Program-made: the position numbers and the translations under genes
Shown: piece after piece, positions 9,771 through 19,327 of the stretch
Position numbering within the stretch: position 1 is the first letter of the stretch
How the letters are laid out: every line of letters begins with the position of its first letter
Assembly: GCA_051745395.1 (NCBI GenBank)
Contig: JBNJEA010000001.1
Location: 2,201 to 66,200 of the forward strand
Direction of reading: 5' to 3'
Length of the DNA: 64,000 bases
Source: Thermodesulfobacteriota bacterium
Lineage (GTDB): Bacteria > Desulfobacterota > Desulfobacteria > Desulfobacterales > Desulfosalsimonadaceae
Notes under the pieces: model-generated
Seen by the model: only the letters and a program-made list of their open reading frames with translations
Told to the model about the DNA's origin: nothing
Databases searched by the model: none

Positions 9771-10781
9771 TTGACGCTTTCCGCGACGACAAAATTGCAA
9801 CATGTCCTTGACCAGTTTTCCGGGGCCGATCACGTGCTGATATTAATCAACGCGGACCCGGATGCCATCTCCAGCGCCATGGCCTTTGAGCGCCTGCTCT
9901 GGCGCCGGGTCACCCGCATCAATATTTCAAACATCAACACCATTACCCGGCCGGACAACATGGCCATGATCCGCCTTTTTGATGTCACATTGATCCATGT
10001 GACCAAGATCGAACCGCATCATTATAACAAAGTCATCATCCTGGATTCCCAGCCGGCCCATAACGAAAGTTTTTCCCACTTCAAGTTCAATGTCATCATC
10101 GACCATCACGAGCCCACGGGCTATCCGGCGGCGTATTCCGATATCCGCCCCGAATACGGAGCCACGGCAAGTATTATGACCGAATATCTTAAAGCCGCCA
10201 AAATCAAGCCATCGGACAAGCTCGCCACCGCCCTGTTTCACGGCATCAAGACCGATACCAACAATTTCGAGCGCATGGCCACCAATGCCGATATCCGGGC
10301 GTTTCAGTTTTTGTTCCGCCATGCCAACATCCATTTGGCCCGGCGCATCGAGCAGGTGGACCTGCGCATGAACTTTCTCGATTACTTCCAGAAGGCCATC
10401 GCCGATCGCATTGTGGACAACACCCGGATTTTCGTCCACCTCGGCCCGGTGGAAAACCCCGACATCTGTGTGTTGATCGGCGATTTTTTCATGCGGGTCA
10501 ACACGGTGACCTGGAGCATTGTCAGCGGCGTTTATGAAGACCGGCTCATCATTATCCTGCGAAACGACGGTCTGCGCAAAGAAGCCGGCAGTGTGGCCCA
10601 GAAGCTTTTTGCCGACCTCGGCTCAGCCGGCGGCCATAAAAGCATGGCCCGGGCCGAAATGCCGCTGGAAAAGGTGAAATCCCGAATCGGCGGACTGGAA
10701 AAACAGGCCATCCAGAAGTGGATTATGCAACAAATCGACAGCCTCCTGGCGCCCGAGGGCCATGAACAAGACAATGCCTGA
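9771..10781 (+). CDS. DHH family phosphoesterase (NrnA-like oligoribonuclease/pAp phosphatase)
   Basis: 336 aa, TTG start as in the track (no in-frame ATG upstream). DHH motif VIIDHHEPTG and a DHHA1 GGGH-type motif LGSAGGHKSMA. Confidence 0.75.
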   Translation: MTLSATTKLQHVLDQFSGADHVLILINADPDAISSAMAFERLLWRRVTRINISNINTITRPDNMAMIRLFDVTLIHVTKIEPHHYNKVIILDSQPAHNESFSHFKFNVIIDHHEPTGYPAAYSDIRPEYGATASIMTEYLKAAKIKPSDKLATALFHGIKTDTNNFERMATNADIRAFQFLFRHANIHLARRIEQVDLRMNFLDYFQKAIADRIVDNTRIFVHLGPVENPDICVLIGDFFMRVNTVTWSIVSGVYEDRLIIILRNDGLRKEAGSVAQKLFADLGSAGGHKSMARAEMPLEKVKSRIGGLEKQAIQKWIMQQIDSLLAPEGHEQDNA

Positions 10782-10805
10782 TACCATCAATGTGACGGAA
10801 AACCC

Positions 10806-11498
10806 ATGAAATATTACCCTGTATGTCTGGATGTCAGCAACCGCGATTGCCTGGTGGTCGGCGGCGGGGCCGTGGCCGCGCGCAAGGTCAAAACCCTGGC
10901 GGAATGCAACGCCTGTGTTACCGTGATCAGCCCCCGTTTTACCGAGCCACTGGAGAAAATGAAACGGCAACCGGCCGTCCACCTGATCGAGCGCCCCTAC
11001 GCCGCATCCGATATTTCCGGCCGGTTTCTGGTCATCGGGGCCACCGATGATGAATCGTTAAACCGTCAGATCAGCGCCGATGCCGAACGGGAAAATATTC
11101 TCTGCAACATTGCCGATGTGCCGGATGCCTGCAATTTTATTCTCCCGTCGATCGTGGACCGGGGCGATCTGATCGTGGCCGTTTCCACTTCCGGCAAAAG
11201 TCCGGCCTTTGCCCGGCGCCTGAGAAAATCCCTTGAAAATCTCTTCGGGGACGAATATAGGGAGTTTCTTCGGCTCATGGGCGCCATCCGGCACCAGCTG
11301 CTGGCCACCGACCACGCCCCGGAAGCCCATAAGCCGTTGTTTGAAACCCTGATTGACCGGGGGCTGCTGGAACTGGTCCGGGACGGCAAAACCGCAGATA
11401 TCAACGGCCTGCTCCGGGAAGTGCTCGGCGAGGGCTATGATTACCGCAGCCTGATGCAGCCTGACACGGATAACGAATTAGGGCCCTGTAATGAATGA
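10806..11498 (+). CDS. sirC: Precorrin-2 dehydrogenase / sirohydrochlorin ferrochelatase (siroheme synthase N-terminal type)
   Basis: 230 aa. Rossmann motif VVGGGAVAARK and CysG_N/Met8/SirC-like length. Overlaps the next gene by 8 nt. Confidence 0.75.
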   Translation: MKYYPVCLDVSNRDCLVVGGGAVAARKVKTLAECNACVTVISPRFTEPLEKMKRQPAVHLIERPYAASDISGRFLVIGATDDESLNRQISADAERENILCNIADVPDACNFILPSIVDRGDLIVAVSTSGKSPAFARRLRKSLENLFGDEYREFLRLMGAIRHQLLATDHAPEAHKPLFETLIDRGLLELVRDGKTADINGLLREVLGEGYDYRSLMQPDTDNELGPCNE

Positions 11499-12312
11499 GT
11501 GGTTTTTGCCCATAATCGGATTCTACATCGCCAGTTCCGCCGGATACGGCGGTTACCTGTTCATCCAGAAAGAAGCCTATCACCGGGCGGCCTACGGCCT
11601 GATGGTGGCAGGTTTTGCCCTGCATACGCTTTTGGTGATAACCGAATGCATGCTTGCCGGCAGCATTGCGGTCCGAAACCTTCACGAAACGCTTTCCTTT
11701 GCGGCCTGGGCGCTGGCGGCGGTCTTTCTCGCACTTCGGTTCCGCACCCGTTTGAAAATCCTCGGGCTGCTGGCCGCGCCGTTTATCACCCTGATGACCG
11801 TGGCGGCGTTTTTCATACCCGACACCGCGGTGCACAGCAAAACCTCTTTTACCAACATCTGGGTGATCGCCCACGTGGTGATAATTTTTATCGGCGAAGC
11901 CGCCCTGGCCCTGGCGTGCGCGACCGGAATTTTGTATTTAATCCAGGAGCGCAGCATCAAGAGCAAAAAACACCGGTTTTTCTTCCGGCGGCTGCCGTCG
12001 CTGGAACTGCTCGACAGCACCGGATACGCCTTTATTATCACCGGTTTTACGGCGCTTACCGTCGGGCTGATCACCGGATTTGTCTACGCCCAGGCCACCT
12101 GGGGCCATTTCTGGAGCTGGGACCCCAAGGAGGTCTGGTCCGGTATTACCTGGCTGATTTATGCCGCGCTGCTCCACGAACGCCTGGTGGCCGGCTGGCG
12201 CGGCAGAAGGGCGGCCATTTTTGCCATTATCGGGTTTGCCGCCCTGTTATTTACCTTTTTGGGGGTCAATTTTCTGCTGGAGGGCCATCACAATGAATTT
12301 ACCCGATGGTAA
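11491..12312 (+). CDS. ccsA: Cytochrome c assembly protein, CcsA/HemX-like
   Basis: 273 aa, polytopic. Trp-rich haem-handling motif WGHFWSWDPKEVWS. Sits directly upstream of hemA, as hemX-type genes do. Confidence 0.75.
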   Translation: MNEWFLPIIGFYIASSAGYGGYLFIQKEAYHRAAYGLMVAGFALHTLLVITECMLAGSIAVRNLHETLSFAAWALAAVFLALRFRTRLKILGLLAAPFITLMTVAAFFIPDTAVHSKTSFTNIWVIAHVVIIFIGEAALALACATGILYLIQERSIKSKKHRFFFRRLPSLELLDSTGYAFIITGFTALTVGLITGFVYAQATWGHFWSWDPKEVWSGITWLIYAALLHERLVAGWRGRRAAIFAIIGFAALLFTFLGVNFLLEGHHNEFTRW

Positions 12313-13630
12313 ACCCGACAGCCCGAACCCGGCACCCGCGACCCAACCCCAGGAGCTGCCCCGGATTCTTTTGATCGGGTTAAACCATACCTCCGCACCG
12401 GTGGACCTCCGGGAATGCCTTGCGTTTTCCGACACGGAAACCAAAGGGGTCATGGCGAATTTAAAACGCCACGCCGCGATGGAAGAAGTGCTGATCCTGT
12501 CGACCTGCAACCGGATGGAAGTCCTTTTGACCACCCATGACCCGGCCGGTGCCGAAAAAACGGTAAAATCGCATATCGCCGAAACCAAATCCGTGCCGCT
12601 TCACCGGTTTGAATCCGCCATGTATCTATATACCGGCGATGCCGCCGTGCGCCACGTCTTCCGGGTGGCCGCCAGCCTGGATTCCATGATCGTGGGCGAA
12701 CCCCAGATTTTGGGCCAGGTCAAAAGCGCCTACAAAACCGCCGTGGACAACAAGGCCACCGGCGTGATCATCAATCGTCTGATGCACAAGGCCTTCTCCA
12801 TTGCCAAGCGGGTGCGCAGTGAAACCGGCATCGGCGACCGCGCGGTATCGATCAGCTACGCGGCCATCGAACTGGCGGGCAAAATCTTCGGCCGCCTGGA
12901 AGACAAAACCGTTTTGCTCGTCGGCGCCGGGGAAATGGCCGAACTGGCCGTCGAACACCTCCACCGCAGCGGGGCGTCCGGGCGGCTGTTTGTGGCCAAC
13001 CGGACCTTTGAAATCGGCGTCGACCTGGCCAATCGGTTTGCCGGCACCGCCATCCGGTTTGCCGAAATCGGCGAAACCCTAAAAACCGCCGACATTATCA
13101 TCAGTTCCACCGGATCGCCCGATTGGGTCATCACCAGAGATGACGTCCGGCCCATTATGCGCAAGCGCAGAAACCGGCCCCTGTTTTTCATCGATATCGC
13201 CGTGCCCCGCGACATCGACCCGGCCATCAACCGCCTGGAAAACGCCTACGTCTATGATATCGACGACCTGCAAGGCGTCATCGAGGAAAATATGGCCACC
13301 CGCGCCGACGAATCGGTGAAAGCCGAGCGCATCATCGACGAGGCCGTGCTTCGCTTCAACCAGTGGTACGACAGCCTAAACGTCGTGCCCACCATCAAGG
13401 ACCTGCGGAAAAAACTCATGACCATCGCCGAAGCCGAGCTGGCCAAGACGACAGCTTCCATGGACGGGCTTTCCGAAGAAGACTTCCGGGCCCTGCAACG
13501 GATGACCGAGGCCATGGTCAAAAAAATGCTCCACGACCCCACGCGTTTTCTCAAAAGCCCCGGCACCCACCGCAACCGTTCCCTGTATATCGATGTGACC
13601 CGCCAAATTTTCAATCTGGAAGACGAATAG
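12293..13630 (+). CDS. hemA: Glutamyl-tRNA reductase
   Basis: The track ORF opens at 12161 but that part overlaps ccsA; ATG 12293 gives 445 aa. Active-site motif LILSTCNRMEVL and NADPH motif VGAGEMAEL. Confidence 0.9.
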   Translation: MNLPDGKPDSPNPAPATQPQELPRILLIGLNHTSAPVDLRECLAFSDTETKGVMANLKRHAAMEEVLILSTCNRMEVLLTTHDPAGAEKTVKSHIAETKSVPLHRFESAMYLYTGDAAVRHVFRVAASLDSMIVGEPQILGQVKSAYKTAVDNKATGVIINRLMHKAFSIAKRVRSETGIGDRAVSISYAAIELAGKIFGRLEDKTVLLVGAGEMAELAVEHLHRSGASGRLFVANRTFEIGVDLANRFAGTAIRFAEIGETLKTADIIISSTGSPDWVITRDDVRPIMRKRRNRPLFFIDIAVPRDIDPAINRLENAYVYDIDDLQGVIEENMATRADESVKAERIIDEAVLRFNQWYDSLNVVPTIKDLRKKLMTIAEAELAKTTASMDGLSEEDFRALQRMTEAMVKKMLHDPTRFLKSPGTHRNRSLYIDVTRQIFNLEDE

Positions 13631-13924
13631 GCCGCAGCTGAAAGATTGCATGGCGTGTAGCGTCCATTTTGCCGCCATGGAGGACATCACATCATGCGGC
13701 TTGCTTTTTCGCCGTGCCATTGTTATACTTTTTCTGCCGAAACGGTGCATGGAAAATAGATAGGACCCCGGAATTTTCGGCCGGAAAAAAGGCGATAGCC
13801 GATTTTGCACTTTACAGACAAAAAACGGGTATGATAAGGAAGAAATCTTTAAAATGCATCTGGTTTTGTTCCCAAAGCATTTGCATTGAATCACAGGTAG
13901 TACTTCACTACTGGAAAAAGGACT

Positions 13925-14293
13925 GTGGGAATGGATGAAAAAGACATCGAATATTTCAAGGAATTGTTGACCAACCGTTTGGACGAGCTTCTCAATCAGG
14001 CCGGTGATACGGTCTCCGAGATGCACGATACCAAGGCAAACTTTCCCGATCCCACGGATCGGGCTGCCTATGAAGCGGATCGGAACTTTGAGCTGCGGAT
14101 CCGGGACCGGGAGTACAAGCTGATCAAAAAAGTCAAAAAGGCCTTGGAGCGCATTGACGACGGCACTTTCGGCATATGCGAAAAATGCGGCGACGATATT
14201 TCCTTCAAGCGGCTCAAAGCCCGACCGGTCACCACGCTTTGCATTGAATGCAAAACCAAAGAGGAAGCCCACGAGAAAGCCCTTGGACTCTAA
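13925..14293 (+). CDS. dksA: RNA polymerase-binding transcription factor, DksA/TraR family
   Basis: 122 aa. C4 zinc finger CEKCGDDISFKRLKARPVTTLCIECK plus a coiled coil with an acidic tip (DPTDRAAYEAD). ATG 13931 is an alternative start to the GTG at 13925. Confidence 0.85.
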   Translation: MGMDEKDIEYFKELLTNRLDELLNQAGDTVSEMHDTKANFPDPTDRAAYEADRNFELRIRDREYKLIKKVKKALERIDDGTFGICEKCGDDISFKRLKARPVTTLCIECKTKEEAHEKALGL

Positions 14294-15194
14294 GCCGGGC
14301 ACGATCGATCTCCACGTTCACTCCAGCGCATCCGACGGCAGCTTTTCCCCGGCACAACTCATAGAACATGCATTGGCCCTTGACCTTGCCGCCATTGCCA
14401 TTACCGACCACGACACGGTGGCCGGTGCGGCAGAGGCCCTCGCCCACGGTATACAGCCCGGTCTTGAATTTTTAACCGGCGTGGAAATCAGTGCGGCGTA
14501 CCCGCCGGCGTTTCCACAGGGCGGAAGCCTCCATATCCTGGGCTACGGCATCCGGACAGACCATGGCGGGCTAAACGCGCTGTTTGAAAAACAACAAAAC
14601 GCCCGGGCGGACCGCAATCCTCTGATTATCGAAAAATTAAACGCCCTGGGCATTCCCGTGCGCTTAGATGCCATTGCCGCCGATTGCGGCAAACCGGCCG
14701 TGGCAAGACCCCATATCGCCGAATACCTGGTCAAAACCGGCCATGCCACAGACATTGATGAGGCTTTCGACCGATGGCTGGGAAAAGGGCAGCCCGCCTA
14801 TGTGGACAAGTTCCGGGTTGCCGCCCAAGACGCCATCGCCCTGATACGAGATGCCGGCGGCCTTGCGGTCATGGCGCATCCGGTCCTGTTTGCACCCGCG
14901 CCGGATTGCCCCCTTGAAGAACTGGTAACCACCCTTGCCGCGATGGGACTTTCCGGTATCGAGGTCTACTACCCGGGTCAGACGCCGGCCCAGACCGAAT
15001 CTTTTGAAAAGCTCGCCGGCCGGCACGGGCTGTTGATGACCGGCGGTACCGATTTTCACGGCGATATCAACCCCGATATCCAAATGGGCTCGGGGCTGGG
15101 CGATCTGGAAATCCCCTATGCAATCTTTGCCCAACTCAAAGACGCCCTTGATCGACTTCAACCGCAAGCAACGAAAAACAGCAAAACCCCATGA
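14283..15194 (+). CDS. PHP domain phosphoesterase (TrpH/YciV-like)
   Basis: N-terminal PHP motif IDLHVHSSASDG. The track ORF (from 14154) would overlap dksA by 140 nt, so I use the in-frame TTG 14283 that overlaps the dksA stop; the start is uncertain. ATGA overlap with rnc. Confidence 0.7.
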   Translation: MDSKPGTIDLHVHSSASDGSFSPAQLIEHALALDLAAIAITDHDTVAGAAEALAHGIQPGLEFLTGVEISAAYPPAFPQGGSLHILGYGIRTDHGGLNALFEKQQNARADRNPLIIEKLNALGIPVRLDAIAADCGKPAVARPHIAEYLVKTGHATDIDEAFDRWLGKGQPAYVDKFRVAAQDAIALIRDAGGLAVMAHPVLFAPAPDCPLEELVTTLAAMGLSGIEVYYPGQTPAQTESFEKLAGRHGLLMTGGTDFHGDINPDIQMGSGLGDLEIPYAIFAQLKDALDRLQPQATKNSKTP

Positions 15195-15880
15195 CCATGA
15201 ACCACCCCCTGCACGAACTCGAACAACATCTTTCCTACACGTTTTCGGACAAGACCCTGCTGGAAACCGCACTGCGGCACAGCTCCTATGCGCACGAGCA
15301 ACCCGGGGAGATGGAAAACAACGAGCGCCTGGAATTTTTGGGCGATGCCGTATTAAACCTCATCGTCAGCCATCTGCTCATGGAGCGATTCCCGGCGTTA
15401 AATGAAGGCGATCTGTCACGGCTGCGGGCGAGTTTGGTCAACGAGGACCGCCTGGCCTCGGTGGCAAAAACCCTTGCACTGGGGGAATTTATAAAGCTGG
15501 GCAAAGGCGAGATGCAATCTTTCGGTCGGAAAAAAAAATCGATTCTCGCCGATACCCTGGAAGCCATCTTTGCCGCCATCTATCTCGACAGCTCGTTTAA
15601 CCGGGTCCACGACATCGTGGGCCTTCATTTTGCCGCCCATTTCGAAACCATTGCCGGCATGCAGCCCGTCTACGATTACAAGAGCCTGCTCCAGGAACTG
15701 ATCCAGAACCGCCACCACCAGATGCCCCAATACGAAATCATTGGGGAAAGCGGACCGGACCATGACAAAACCTTCCAGGTCGCCCTGACCATTAACGATT
15801 TCCGGACCGAAGGGGTGGGCAAGAGCAAAAAAAGCGCCGAACAGGACGCGGCCAAAAACGCCCTCGAACAGCTCCAATAA
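15191..15880 (+). CDS. rnc: Ribonuclease III
   Basis: 229 aa. RNase III signature ERLEFLGDAVL and a C-terminal dsRNA-binding domain (KSLLQELIQ...GPDHDKTF...AEQDAAKNAL). Confidence 0.9.
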   Translation: MTMNHPLHELEQHLSYTFSDKTLLETALRHSSYAHEQPGEMENNERLEFLGDAVLNLIVSHLLMERFPALNEGDLSRLRASLVNEDRLASVAKTLALGEFIKLGKGEMQSFGRKKKSILADTLEAIFAAIYLDSSFNRVHDIVGLHFAAHFETIAGMQPVYDYKSLLQELIQNRHHQMPQYEIIGESGPDHDKTFQVALTINDFRTEGVGKSKKSAEQDAAKNALEQLQ

Positions 15881-15891
15881 GTTCTGCTGCC

Positions 15892-16929
15892 ATGGTTTTT
15901 TCCTGCAAACCCTTTGTCGTGCCCATCTTCATCCCCCACTCGGGATGCCCCCACCGCTGCGTGTTCTGCAACCAGGAGGCACTTGCCGGTACCGAAACCG
16001 CCATGCCGGCGCCTTCGGCCATCTCCGCCGAAATCGCCCGGTTTCTCGCCTTCCGGAAAAAAAACCGCCACCCGGTGGAAATCTCGTTTTACGGCGGCAA
16101 TTTTCTGGGGCTCGATGCCGCTCTGGTAAAGACCTTGCTGGAAACGGCCGCCGCCTTTGTCGAGGCCGGCAAAGCCGACGGCATCCGGTTTTCCACCCGT
16201 CCCGATACCATCGACGACCAGCGCCTTGCCGCCATTTCCGCCTTTCCGGTGACCACGGTGGAACTCGGGGTCCAGTCCATGGATGACGCTGTGCTTTCCC
16301 GCACCCGCCGCGGCCACAGTGCCGATGATACCCGGCAGGCGGTTTCGCTGCTCAAAGCCCGCGGTTGGCAGACGGGATTGCAGATGATGGTGGGCCTGCC
16401 GGGTGAAAGCCGGCAGACAACCCGGACCACCGGCCGGGCCGTGGCCGCCCTTGCCCCGGATTTCGTCCGGATTTATCCCACCCTGGTGCTGCGGGGCAGC
16501 CGGCTTGCCATGTGGTATGAAGCCGGCACGTACAAGCCGCTTGAAATGGCCGACTGCATCGACCGCCTCAAGGCCCTTTACCGGATGTTTACCGGTGCCG
16601 GCATCCCGGTGATCCGGATGGGCGTGCAGCCCAACGAGGGAATCGATTCCGGAGACGATGTACTGGCCGGCCCCTATCATCCGGCCCTGGGCCACAGGGT
16701 CAAATCCGAACACTTTTTTGATGTTGCCGCCGATGCCATTGAAGCCCTGCCGCAGCAACCCGCACGCCTGGCCCTTTGCGTGGCCCCGCGGCAGGTCTCG
16801 GCCATGCGGGGGCTGAAAAACGAAAACATCGAACGCCTGCACCGCCGGTTTGCCGCGATTGACGACTTTGATGTAAAAGCCGATGCCGCAGTGGGGGAAA
16901 TGAATGTGAAGGTATCGGTTGGATCGTGA
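15892..16929 (+). CDS. Radical SAM protein, ELP3-like core without an acetyltransferase domain
   Basis: 345 aa. FIPHSGCPHRCVFCNQ (CxxxCxxC) close to the N-terminus. Lies 11 nt downstream of rnc. Confidence 0.7.
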   Translation: MVFSCKPFVVPIFIPHSGCPHRCVFCNQEALAGTETAMPAPSAISAEIARFLAFRKKNRHPVEISFYGGNFLGLDAALVKTLLETAAAFVEAGKADGIRFSTRPDTIDDQRLAAISAFPVTTVELGVQSMDDAVLSRTRRGHSADDTRQAVSLLKARGWQTGLQMMVGLPGESRQTTRTTGRAVAALAPDFVRIYPTLVLRGSRLAMWYEAGTYKPLEMADCIDRLKALYRMFTGAGIPVIRMGVQPNEGIDSGDDVLAGPYHPALGHRVKSEHFFDVAADAIEALPQQPARLALCVAPRQVSAMRGLKNENIERLHRRFAAIDDFDVKADAAVGEMNVKVSVGS

Positions 16930-16936
16930 TCGGTGC

Positions 16937-19114
16937 TTACAAACCGGCGCGGTCCAGAAACCGCCGGTACTCGTACATTTTGGCCAGGGATTTGACCGCC
17001 TGTTCCGGGGTGGGGAAAAACAGGCCCTTATATTGTTGGTTTTCCAGGGAATAGACGGTCTTATCCGATTCGCCCCGCAGGATATTTACGCCGAGCACGG
17101 GCTTTTGCCAGGTTTCCATCAATGAAACCAGGTGGGCGATGTAGCGTTTTTCAAAGTCGTCGAGCGATTCCAGCACGGAATCGAGAAAGCCGTCGGGACA
17201 CGACGGATCGGCCTTGTGCACGGAATCGGCCAACCGGTAGACCATGTGCCGGCGGCCCACGATGCCGAGATTGATCACCGCATCGCAGCCGTCCCATTTC
17301 ATCAACTCCTCCATGACCACCATGGGAATTTCCGGATCGTTTTCGCCCACCAGGTCCACCGGGTTGGCATGGCTCCAAAACGGCGGCAAAATTTGACTGA
17401 TCCGCCCGATCAGCTCCGGGCTCAGTTCCGGGACGGTCAAATCATAGTGTTCACACAGGTCGGAGGTCACCACGCCCCAGCCGCCGCCCAGGGTCATAAT
17501 CGCCACCCGGCTTCCGCGGGGCAAAGGGATAGAGGAAAAGGCCGCGGACAGATCGAGCAGGTCCATGGGTTTTTCGACTTTCACGACACCGGTTTGCCGG
17601 CAGACGGCGTTGAAGACCTCGATGTTGGACGTCATCGCCCCCGTGTGACTCGATGCCGCCTTGTTGCCCGATTCGGTCTGGCCGCCCTTGAGCAGGATCA
17701 CGGGTTTTTTCCTGCTGACCCGGCGGGCGCTTTCAAAAAACCGGCGGGCGTTTTTGACGCTTTCCAAATACACCATGACGGTTTCGGTGGTCGGATCGAC
17801 TTCAAAGGCGTCCAGGTAGTCTTCTATGGTGATCATGGCCTCGTTTCCGGATCCGCAGAACGCCCGGATGCCCACGCCCTGGAGCTCGGCAAATGCCAGC
17901 AGCTGGTTGCCCATGTTGCCGGACTGGGCCACCACGCCGACCGTACCGGCCTCCGGACGCACATGGGTGCCGGTGCAGTAAAACTGGATATGCGGATTGC
18001 AGATGCCCATGGTATTGGGCCCGATCAGATAGATGCCGGCCTGCCGGGCTTGTTTTACCAGTTGCTGTTCCTGCCGGACGCCGTCCTGGCCGGTTTCCCC
18101 GAAACCCGAGGCAATGAGCAGCATGTAGGCAATGCCTTTTTCCTGCATCTGGGGAATTAAATCGGGCACTTTTTCGGCCGGAATCGTCACCACCGCCACA
18201 TCGACGGTGCCGGCGATATCGGTGACGCGCTTATACACCGGCCGGCCGGCGATGGTGCCGCCCTTGGGGTTGACCAGGTAGATATCGCCTTCGTAGCCGC
18301 CCCCTATGGTATTGGTCAACAGGTTATAGCCCCATTTGCCGAGCTGGGCCGAAGCGCCGACAAAAGCCACGGAGCGGGGGTGAAACAGCGCGGCCACCAC
18401 GCCCGGGTCAATGGGGGGCAGAAATTGCATTTTTTCGGCCGGCTTTGATTTGACCACCAGGGCATCCACTGCCACCGGCCGTCCATCCGGGCCGATTAAC
18501 AGCGGATTAATATCGATTTCCGCAATTTCGGGATGTTCGATGCCCGCCCGGGAAATGCCCATCAATGTCTTGATCAGCAGGTAGCGGTCCGCGGCGGCTT
18601 CACCGCGGAAGGCATCGAGCAGACCCCGGGAGCGGATTTCATCGATCATGTCCGCGGCATCGATTGCAGACAGGGGCGCGACCCGGAAACTGACGTCGGA
18701 CAAGACCTCGGTGAAAATGCCGCCGAGGCCGAACATGACCACCGGACCGTACTGGTCGTCTCGGAAAAGGCCCACCACGAATTCCCGCTTGCCGGTCACC
18801 TGGGGCTGAACCAGAAAGCCCTCCAACGCATCGCCGGCCCGATCGGCGATGGCGGCGGCGGCATCGGAAACCGAGGGATCATCGGCTATGTTTAAATGCA
18901 CCAATCCGCCTTCGGTCTTGTGGAGCAGGGACTGGCCCAGGCCTTTTAGCACCACCGGATAGCCGAGGGTGTTGGCGGCGTCAACGGCCTGGTCGGCACT
19001 TTCGGCTACAATTTCTTCCACCACCGGCACGTCAAAGGATTTCAAAAACTGCTTGGATGCCCATTCGCTCAGGAAGATCCGCTCCGATCCGCCGGAATTA
19101 TTTTGCCTTGTCAT
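16937..19114 (-). CDS. ADP-forming acetate/acyl-CoA ligase family protein with the ATP-grasp domain at the N-terminus
   Basis: 725 aa. ATP-grasp region (YPVVLKGLG...EIDINPLL), then the CoA-binding domain (PRSVAFVGAS...), then a succinyl-CoA-synthetase-like domain with the phosphohistidine segment ASSHTGAMTS, then a C-terminal ligase-CoA domain. Confidence 0.8.
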   Translation of the reverse strand: MTRQNNSGGSERIFLSEWASKQFLKSFDVPVVEEIVAESADQAVDAANTLGYPVVLKGLGQSLLHKTEGGLVHLNIADDPSVSDAAAAIADRAGDALEGFLVQPQVTGKREFVVGLFRDDQYGPVVMFGLGGIFTEVLSDVSFRVAPLSAIDAADMIDEIRSRGLLDAFRGEAAADRYLLIKTLMGISRAGIEHPEIAEIDINPLLIGPDGRPVAVDALVVKSKPAEKMQFLPPIDPGVVAALFHPRSVAFVGASAQLGKWGYNLLTNTIGGGYEGDIYLVNPKGGTIAGRPVYKRVTDIAGTVDVAVVTIPAEKVPDLIPQMQEKGIAYMLLIASGFGETGQDGVRQEQQLVKQARQAGIYLIGPNTMGICNPHIQFYCTGTHVRPEAGTVGVVAQSGNMGNQLLAFAELQGVGIRAFCGSGNEAMITIEDYLDAFEVDPTTETVMVYLESVKNARRFFESARRVSRKKPVILLKGGQTESGNKAASSHTGAMTSNIEVFNAVCRQTGVVKVEKPMDLLDLSAAFSSIPLPRGSRVAIMTLGGGWGVVTSDLCEHYDLTVPELSPELIGRISQILPPFWSHANPVDLVGENDPEIPMVVMEELMKWDGCDAVINLGIVGRRHMVYRLADSVHKADPSCPDGFLDSVLESLDDFEKRYIAHLVSLMETWQKPVLGVNILRGESDKTVYSLENQQYKGLFFPTPEQAVKSLAKMYEYRRFLDRAGL

Positions 19115-19327
19115 ATCTCATGTCCTTATACAGGAGTAAACCGGATAACCGGGTTTAAAATATAATAGCGTCAAAAATTTGTCAAAGCACTTGATTGACG
19201 GCCACCGGCAAAAACCATGGCGTTTTTTTCCAAAATATTTTACCTTTTACCGGAAAAAAGGGAAACATCTGCCGGACCATCGGGGCTTGAAAACAACGAT
19301 GGTGTTGTCTTGCAAACGGAGATCCAA

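Noticed and set aside
12161-12292. N-terminal extensions of track ORFs: hemA from 12161, PHP from 14154, dsrO from 40454, gpmI from 48154, TIGR01212 up to 57286, LEA-like from 19217, rpmA from 43128, hpt from 60676, and the acidic protein up to 55066.
   Set aside because: The extensions overlap the preceding gene or lack similarity to the family N-terminus. Internal starts with Shine-Dalgarno sequences or stop-start overlaps give proteins of canonical length.
13376-14302. Large antisense or alternative-frame ORFs inside confident genes. Examples: 13376-14302 -, 15676-16842 -, 17132-18160 +, 37544-38560 -, 43352-44065 -, 44736-45449 -, 48679-49614 -, 50395-51456 -, 53769-54728 +, 8244-8921 -.
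   Set aside because: These are typical shadow ORFs of a GC-rich genome. They have Gly/Arg/Pro-rich, motif-less translations and fully overlap genes with clear family signatures on the other strand or frame.
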